The position numbers and the translations under genes were made by a program. The notes below the pieces were generated by a model, which did not search any database, had not been told where the DNA came from, and worked only from the letters and a program-made list of their open reading frames with translations. 5,330 nucleotides of DNA from Ascoidea asiatica JCM 7603 (taxonomy: Eukaryota; Fungi; Ascomycota), in assembly GCA_001600695.1 (NCBI GenBank), contig BCKQ01000057.1, forward strand, positions 196-5,525, read 5' to 3'. Of the stretch, positions 1 through 5,330 are shown piece after piece (the first letter of the stretch is position 1; the number at the start of each line of letters is the position of its first letter).

Positions 1-182
1 AAACTTCATCTACTTCTTTCAAACTTATTTTTCACTATTTCGCCTATATATTCACTCATCATTCGAGTCTAAAAAATCTGCTTTTTGCATCATATTTTTT
101 TCTTTTTTTTTATTTTACTTTAAATTTTACTTCCTATAGCTCTAAAATTCAATACTAAGAAAAATAAATATACTGTATATGA

Positions 183-1740
183 CTAAAAATTAAGAGTTGA
201 TTTTAATGTCTCAAAAACTAAAAATGGTAAGGAAATGATTAAAATTGAATATTGAAATAAAAGACAAATACCAAAACAACCTATCTAAGTATCGGAATTA
301 GAAATAGGAACTGAATCTTTATCTTTAACTTTATCTTCAGCTTTGTCTTCTCACATCATGGTTTGTTTGATTTCCAACTTCATTGTTGATTTTGTTGTGC
401 TCATTTTTCGTAACATTAGGATTATTATTAGAATTATTATCGGGATCAATATTTTCAAATTCAATCTCCAATTCAATATTATTATCATTTTTATTTTCAA
501 ATTCAATTGATTGATTTGAGGAGTAAAAAACAGTTAAATATAATTAAGTAGCTAAACTTGGTAAACACCAATTTAAAATTATAATATAAGATAAAATAAT
601 ATCATTTTCATTATTAAAATTTATTGAATTTGAAGAGTTTAATCTAAGTAATTTAATGTCTTTTGGAAATTTTTAGAATTTAAATTTTCTATAAACCAAT
701 TGATACTTGAGCATTTACTAATTATGCAATGAAATCCATTAAAAACTTTAATGCAGCTAATGAACCTGGAAATTTTGTTCTTGAAATTTTCATTTTTAGC
801 CATGGAATAAAAGAAATAATTTTAGAAAATATTAAAATGTGTGGTGATATTATTTTCAATAGATCGTTTTCGAAATCTGATTCTAGTTCAGGTACAAATT
901 ATGTATTGGATTTGAAAAATCCCCCCAAAATTTAACTTTTCAAATTGCTTATTTCTATGTCAAAATAAAATTAAAAATTCATCAAATATTCGTAACGAAT
1001 TCAAATATAGAAAGAAAAACGGTTTTAATGACTATGATTGCCTATTAAACTTAAATCATGAAAAGTTTTCACTTTATGCTATTGATTCAGAAGCTTGATT
1101 ATATGCAAAAAATTCATATGGTATCAAAATCTCTGAACTTTGTAAAATGTGGGAATTATATATATATTTTGATTATTTTAATAAAATTGCCATTCAATTC
1201 AGAAAATATTTAGTTTGAAAATTTATCTAACCTATCCTCAAAAACTAATTAGATTTCCTTTATTTATGAAACTTTCAAATCGTTCAATAATTTTAAGATC
1301 AAATCGAAAGCATAGTGATTTCATTGAAAAACTTAAGGATCCATAAAAATAAAAATCATTATTAGTTCTATTAATTTCTGATATTAATATTCCAAAATAT
1401 TTATCAAATAAATCGGTTAAAAAAGTTGTTAATTCAAATAAAACATCTTTTACAGTTAAATTGGATTATTTTTATAGAAGATATATTTCAAATGGTTGAT
1501 ATTTATTAGAAGAAAACCGATTATAAGATAAGATATATTTGATCAAAGATATTATCATTCTTACTGAAAATTCAATTATAAAAAGTTGAAATATTTAAAT
1601 TCTTCCCGACAAGGTTGTTTAGTTTTGGAGGTTTACTATGAAATTATTTTCTTTTATTATTTCTACTTGTCTTTTATTTGTTCTTTTGTTTATGTTTCCT
1701 TAAAAAATATATACTTTTAATAGCTTTTAGTCATATTTTA
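183..1740 (-). pseudogene. Heavily decayed downstream gene, probable more distant paralog of the 2045-3586 gene
   Basis: Protein-like minus-strand frames broken by many stops and several frameshifts. Collinear matches: VEIIKENNFIV (1666-1634)~AEKIKQNNNII; GRI*I~GTIKI; LDKFSN* (1230-1210)~LDRLSNE (17/21 nt identical); SPHILIFSKI (847-818)~TPHVLSFKKL; AALKFL (757-740)~YAIKYL. These are followed by an N/D/E/K-rich linker and a hydrophobic segment IGCFGICLLFQYSILIISLPFLVF (284-213). Boundaries are approximate; a Lys-rich in-frame tail continues to ~90. Confidence 0.58.
450..507. repeat. 16-bp direct repeat tattttcaaattcaat (450-465 and 492-507)
   Basis: Exact match with 42-bp (in-frame) spacing. 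It encodes IEFEN twice in the low-complexity linker of the downstream pseudogene. Confidence 0.65.
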
Positions 1741-1997
1741 ATAAATAACTTCTAAACTAACAATTTGCAGTCTTACCGTAAAAAAAGTTGATTTCTCTTC
1801 ATAATCGAGGCTTTTAAACAAATAAAAAACCTTAATACTCATAACATTTAAATTCAGCTGACTTCGAAAAGTTGTCCTATCGTCTCTGTTATTGTGTTCA
1901 TCGCTGTGAAAGAAAATAGAAAATATAAAATGCTTTATTATTGAAAACAACTGAATCTGAAGTATATAAATTACTAAATAAATTGAACAACGGCAGG

Positions 1998-2011
1998 AAA
2001 AAAAAAAAAAA
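1998..2011. repeat. A14 homopolymer (U14 in the 3' region of the minus-strand gene) with GC-rich flanks
   Basis: cggcagg-A14-tcgcctgg, starting 34 nt downstream of the stop codon. Confidence 0.7.
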
Positions 2012-2044
2012 TCGCCTGGTTAATGAACGTTTAACTTTTTAATT

Positions 2045-3586
2045 TCAAAACCAAAATTTTGACTTTGGCTTTGGTTTCTTGGCAGTTAAAACAATTAAAC
2101 AGCAAAAGCAAAAGACACATATAAAAATAGTACAAAATAAAGCAAGAACCCTAAGACTATCTACACTAACAACTTTTGGAATACTGTGTATTTGGTATGT
2201 CAGCTTTAAGTGTTCTTGTTGAGATTGAATATTTCTGAGTATATTTCTTTTCGATGTATTATGACAATTTTCTTGAAATTTTTCAGGAATTCTTTGTGGT
2301 TTCTTTTCAAGTCTGAATATATGTTCAGTTTCCTTTTTTATGTTCCTTAGAGGGATTTTGGCTTGAAGATATTTTATTGCATACGATGCTGCTCTTTGAG
2401 ATGATTCCTTTTCATTCAATCCAAATCCATATCCAATTTTAAATTCAATTCCATTTTTATAAATACTGCATACCATACATTTTATTTTTCTTTCTTTTCC
2501 AGAAACAATTCTGAAACTAACTACTTCATCTAAAATGCATGTCAAATATTCAATATTAAGCTTCTTAAATGATAGAACATGAGGAGTACTGTCATCAATA
2601 TAAATTTTTCCTTTGTAGAATAGACTGGTGAATTCATTTGACAATCTATCTAACTGCATATTAATGTCACAAATAATCTCAGCTTCGTTTCTTTCCAAAT
2701 AAAAGATTAATGTATTCCGAATAGCGACTATAGATGTCCCCTTTATGCTTTTGACTGAAATTTCTTCAATTGAAAGAGTACCATCAGTTATTTGGTTGAG
2801 GTTTTGTTTTCCTTGAATGGTTCTAACTTTAAATCCTACAACTTTGTTATAATTTATCTCAAAAGGAAACTGTATACCATTTAAAATAAGGAATCCTCTT
2901 TGCAAGCTTTTTGAAGTATTTGCATTCATTCTTCCTGACTTTTCCATTGACTTCAACTTTCTCTTTTTGACTTCAATCTCATAATCAATTAACGTTTCAA
3001 TCCATGATATTTCCTTGTTTTTATCTTGAAAAAATAGAGCTCCATGATAAATTTTAAAATAAACTATGCTAAGCTCCTTTATCTTATCAGTATCTAGAGT
3101 AACTAGATTAAAAGTACATTTATTTGAGAAAAAACTAAAATTATAAACTTCTGACCAATATTCAAAACTTTTTGACGAGTTCAATTCAAGTTTAATTGCG
3201 CTTTTCTGAAAACTATTTAATTCGGATAATTCTATTTTTTTTTCAATTACATTCTTGAAAATACTTTCAGTGAAACATTCGATTAAACATTCAAATTCAA
3301 TGTTTATTTTAATAGTTCCTTCTTTCTCGATATCAAACACATCACTTATAATTTTAATATTCTCCAATTTATTCAATAAAGGGTAACCATAAATAAGATA
3401 ATCACTTTTAGTTGCATTATTACCATCAGTGTAAATTATATTATTATTCTGTTTGATTTTTTCTGCCTTGATTTCAATTTCTTTGTTTATGCGAGCTAAA
3501 TTTCTCTCCATGGTTTGATGAAAATTCAATAGATAATTCTTTATCTCAATAATTTTCTTTTCATTACTCAAATTCAATGTAACCAT
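2045..3586 (-). CDS. Uncharacterised membrane-anchored protein with a C-terminal dsRBD-like domain (513 aa from ATG 3586; 527 aa if the TTG at 3628 is used)
   Basis: Uninterrupted 1.58-kb frame in very AT-rich DNA, far longer than chance would give. It ends at TGA 2047-2045. The track start at 3628 is TTG, just after an in-frame TAA (3634-3632); the first ATG is at 3586 (MVTLNLS...). The body is K/E/I/N-rich and soluble-looking, with a dsRBD-like motif at aa ~357-422 and a hydrophobic helix at aa 494-516 (527-aa numbering). No family recognised for the N-terminal 350 aa. Confidence 0.9.
   Translation of the reverse strand: MVTLNLSNEKKIIEIKNYLLNFHQTMERNLARINKEIEIKAEKIKQNNNIIYTDGNNATKSDYLIYGYPLLNKLENIKIISDVFDIEKEGTIKINIEFECLIECFTESIFKNVIEKKIELSELNSFQKSAIKLELNSSKSFEYWSEVYNFSFFSNKCTFNLVTLDTDKIKELSIVYFKIYHGALFFQDKNKEISWIETLIDYEIEVKKRKLKSMEKSGRMNANTSKSLQRGFLILNGIQFPFEINYNKVVGFKVRTIQGKQNLNQITDGTLSIEEISVKSIKGTSIVAIRNTLIFYLERNEAEIICDINMQLDRLSNEFTSLFYKGKIYIDDSTPHVLSFKKLNIEYLTCILDEVVSFRIVSGKERKIKCMVCSIYKNGIEFKIGYGFGLNEKESSQRAASYAIKYLQAKIPLRNIKKETEHIFRLEKKPQRIPEKFQENCHNTSKRNILRNIQSQQEHLKLTYQIHSIPKVVSVDSLRVLALFCTIFICVFCFCCLIVLTAKKPKPKSKFWF
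2048..2149 (-). other. C-terminal transmembrane helix plus polybasic tail
   Basis: VLALFCTIFICVFCFCCLIVLTA is 23 uncharged residues with 5 Cys (2149-2081), immediately followed by KKPKPKSKFWF and the stop. Confidence 0.85.
2363..2560 (-). other. dsRBD (DSRM)-like domain, degenerate
   Basis: LNIEYLTCILDE-VVSFRIVSG-KIKCMVCSIYKNG-IEFKIGYGFG-LNEKESSQRAASYAIKYL fits the alpha-beta-beta-beta-alpha layout and the C-terminal dsRBD consensus G-x-G-x-x-K-K-x-A-x-x-x-A-A-x-x-A-L-x-x-L. The KKxAK motif is altered to EKESS and there is no GPxH loop. Confidence 0.55.
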
Positions 3587-3695
3587 TTTAGATAATTCAA
3601 ATTTTTCTCCTTTAAATGACTTTATCAAATTTTAAAAGCTCCTGAGTTATAAAAGGAAGCTCTTTGAAAATAATCACATCCTTACTTTTAGTTTG

Positions 3696-3713
3696 AATGA
3701 AAATGAAAATGAA
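3696..3713. repeat. (AATGAA)3 hexanucleotide microsatellite
   Basis: Directly visible upstream of the intact gene; reads SFSFSF on the minus strand. Confidence 0.6.
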
Positions 3714-4192
3714 AGAAATATCATCAAGTTATATAAAATTTTAAAGCCAGTTCTGAATTCTAGCTTTGGCCATCACCCCTTTTTACTTCGCTAGTTGAGA
3801 TTTAAAAGTTTCCTAAATGGGTTTCATTCAAGTAAAGTTTCCGAAGAAATCCGATAAACATAAAAAAACTCAACTCTTCTTAAAAGTTGCCTAAAACAGA
3901 TTCTTGGTAGGAAACTTAAAAATAATGAAAACTTGTTCTCTTTTACATTTCCTTTAAATTGAATAAAATTTAAAAATAATACTTATTGAATTACCAAATT
4001 ATATTATTTGAATATTATAATTAATTGATAAATCAGTAAGGTCTTGAATCTGCGAGAATCATATTAGATCCTACAAATTTTGAAATTATCAATCTATTAA
4101 GTTTATTAAATCATATTTTGGCACTAACACTAGTAATTTTATGTTCCCATTTATTTGTTCCAACTCCTATAATTATTTAACTACCTTTTCAA

Positions 4193-5330
4193 TCAAGAAC
4201 ATAAGTAACTACTGAAGTTGTTTTTGCAATTCAATAAATTAATTATCATTTGGTACAAATTTTTTAGGTTTTTAAATATATTCTGAATCTTTTAAATTTT
4301 CTTTTTCAGTTCTTGAATTTCTCTCTCTGATACAGCAATCAAAGATATTAACTGGCAAGCTCCCTGATAATTAAATCCAAATCCATTACTTAGCTTATCA
4401 AAACTTCTTTAACTATCACCATTATCAGTGCCATTATCATTTCCATTACTATTACTTACATCTGTTACATTCAAATAACAACTACATATTACACTCACTG
4501 GTCTTCTTTTTTCTCTATTTTTTGGCTCAGCTTTTTTTTACCTTCCTCGGTAATTGATTTTTTAAATATTCAATATTGAAATCTTCTGAAACTACTTCAT
4601 CAGTAGGATTATTGAGAAACTGAATATGATGAAGAGATTTAATTAATTCACAAGATAGATTGCTTAGATGGCCTTATAATTTTGATGGAGTTAAACTTGC
4701 ATTCAATTTAATATAATTTTTAAATAAACACATTAACTCTATTTTTGTAGGTCCTCCAAATCTTAAAATATCATAAAACAAATTGATTTCTCTGCCTAAT
4801 TGAAACTAGAAGCCAAATATAAAATCATTAAGCAATAGAATTTAATGAGGGAAAAATGTATAACGCAGATTCATGTGGCATACTGCACTCCATAGATTGG
4901 GAATGCATTGACCAGAATGATAAGAAGTCGGCATTTGAATTAAAGTTTGAAATAAACTTTGGCTCGACACAAAGACAATAGAAAAATCACAAACAGACAA
5001 TGTGATTATGCCAATAGATATAATGAACAGAGCAATAAATAAGTGCGAATCAAGATGGAAGATACTAGACAAACTATAATAATAGAAAAATATCATAGCT
5101 CTTCTTCTCAGGTTCTAGCCAAAATATATCGTACCCAAGTATGATTGCTAAATCAATAAGGTACATTCAATAGCAATATGATAAAACAATAAATTAAAAT
5201 ACAATTGAATCATCAATCTATTGTTCACAAGAGGTTCTCGACTAACGCAACTCTACTTTCTGAGCAACAATATCATTACTTATTCACTTCCTGACTGGCT
5301 TATTGTTCGAGATGCGTAAAGCTTAAATTG
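4193..5330 (-). pseudogene. Degenerate upstream paralog of the 2045-3586 gene (5' end may run off the window)
   Basis: One frame runs from 5330 to TGA 4529-4527 with 7 TAA/TAG stops, then shifts at an A8 run (plus-strand T 4532-4539) into a frame ending at TGA 4195-4193. Collinear matches to the intact protein: ILLLNDFIFGF*F~FLILNGIQFPFEI, YIKLN~YLERN, HLSNLSCEL~QLDRLSNEF, FNIEYLKNQL~LNIEYLTCIL, VICSCY~MVCSIY, GFGFNYQGACQ~GFGLNEKESSQ. Exact nucleotide matches: aaatattcaatatt (4564-4577 = 2544-2557) and aatccaaatccat (4374-4386 = 2418-2430). The core 4330-4845 is well supported; 4845-5330 (PLVNN~PLLNK, HIAIECTLLI*~KINIEFECLIE, DFSIVF~ELSIVY) is weaker. Confidence 0.72.
4419..4454. repeat. Three imperfect 12-bp tandem units (ccattatcagtg / ccattatcattt / ccattactatta)
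   Basis: Directly visible. On the minus strand it encodes a low-complexity SNG-NDNG-TDNG stretch inside the upstream pseudogene. Confidence 0.7.

Noticed and set aside
729-935. 68-aa plus-strand ORF from the track
   Set aside because: It is the codon-aligned antisense shadow of the minus-strand pseudogene frame (FVPELESDFENDLLKIISPHIL...), which carries the paralog-like motifs.
1738-1950. 70-aa minus-strand ORF from the track
   Set aside because: TTG start, short, no recognisable motif. At most a 5' remnant of the downstream pseudogene; not supportable as an independent gene.
1991-2019. Bacterial rho-independent terminator or retroposon poly(A) tail
   Set aside because: The U run lies inside, not after, the weak 4-bp stem. 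The A run is on the strand opposite to the gene's mRNA, and no target-site duplication is visible.
3642-3685. 44-nt GTAAGG...ATAACTCAG intron joining ATG 3724 to the main ORF
   Set aside because: Splicing to the CAG at 3642 gives the wrong frame and an early TAA. Only a weaker downstream AAG (3620) would be in frame, and there is no transcript evidence.
3620-3962. Plus-strand protein-like frame (KLLSYKRKLFENNHIL...FTFPLN)
   Set aside because: It has several internal stops, no good start and no recognisable homology; such frames arise by chance in AT-rich DNA.
4842-5096. 84-aa minus-strand ORF as a stand-alone membrane protein
   Set aside because: It is a stop-to-stop piece of the longer 5330-4527 pseudogene frame, and its F/I/S/L richness may just reflect the T-rich strand.
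1-5330. Ciliate-type genetic code (TAA/TAG = Gln or Glu) making the flanks intact genes
   Set aside because: The >500-codon central gene is rich in Glu and Gln yet has no TAR codon, and the flanks also need frameshifts and contain some in-frame TGA. Pseudogenisation is more parsimonious.
1-5330. CRISPR array, tRNA/rRNA, or intact transposon/integrase
   Set aside because: No regularly spaced repeats, no GC-rich structured RNA-like segment, and no terminal inverted repeats or convincing catalytic motifs were seen.

Overview
Very AT-rich window (60-nt lines counted by hand: ~17% GC at 541-600, ~23% at 2401-2460, ~43% at 4861-4920). It has low intact-coding density and no operon-like or RNA-gene features, so it looks like DNA from an AT-rich eukaryotic microbe; this is an inference and the organism cannot be named. 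There is one intact minus-strand gene (2045-3586 from the first ATG, 513 aa). Its product has a degenerate double-stranded-RNA-binding-motif (dsRBD)-like segment, then a Cys-rich C-terminal transmembrane helix and a basic tail. Manual translation through stop codons shows that both flanks, which the ORF track shows only as short ORFs, are decayed same-strand paralogs of this gene (~4193-5330 and ~183-1740). The window is therefore best read as a head-to-tail array of three divergent copies of an uncharacterised membrane-anchored dsRBD-like protein family, with one copy intact. All alignments were made by eye and need HMM or structure confirmation.
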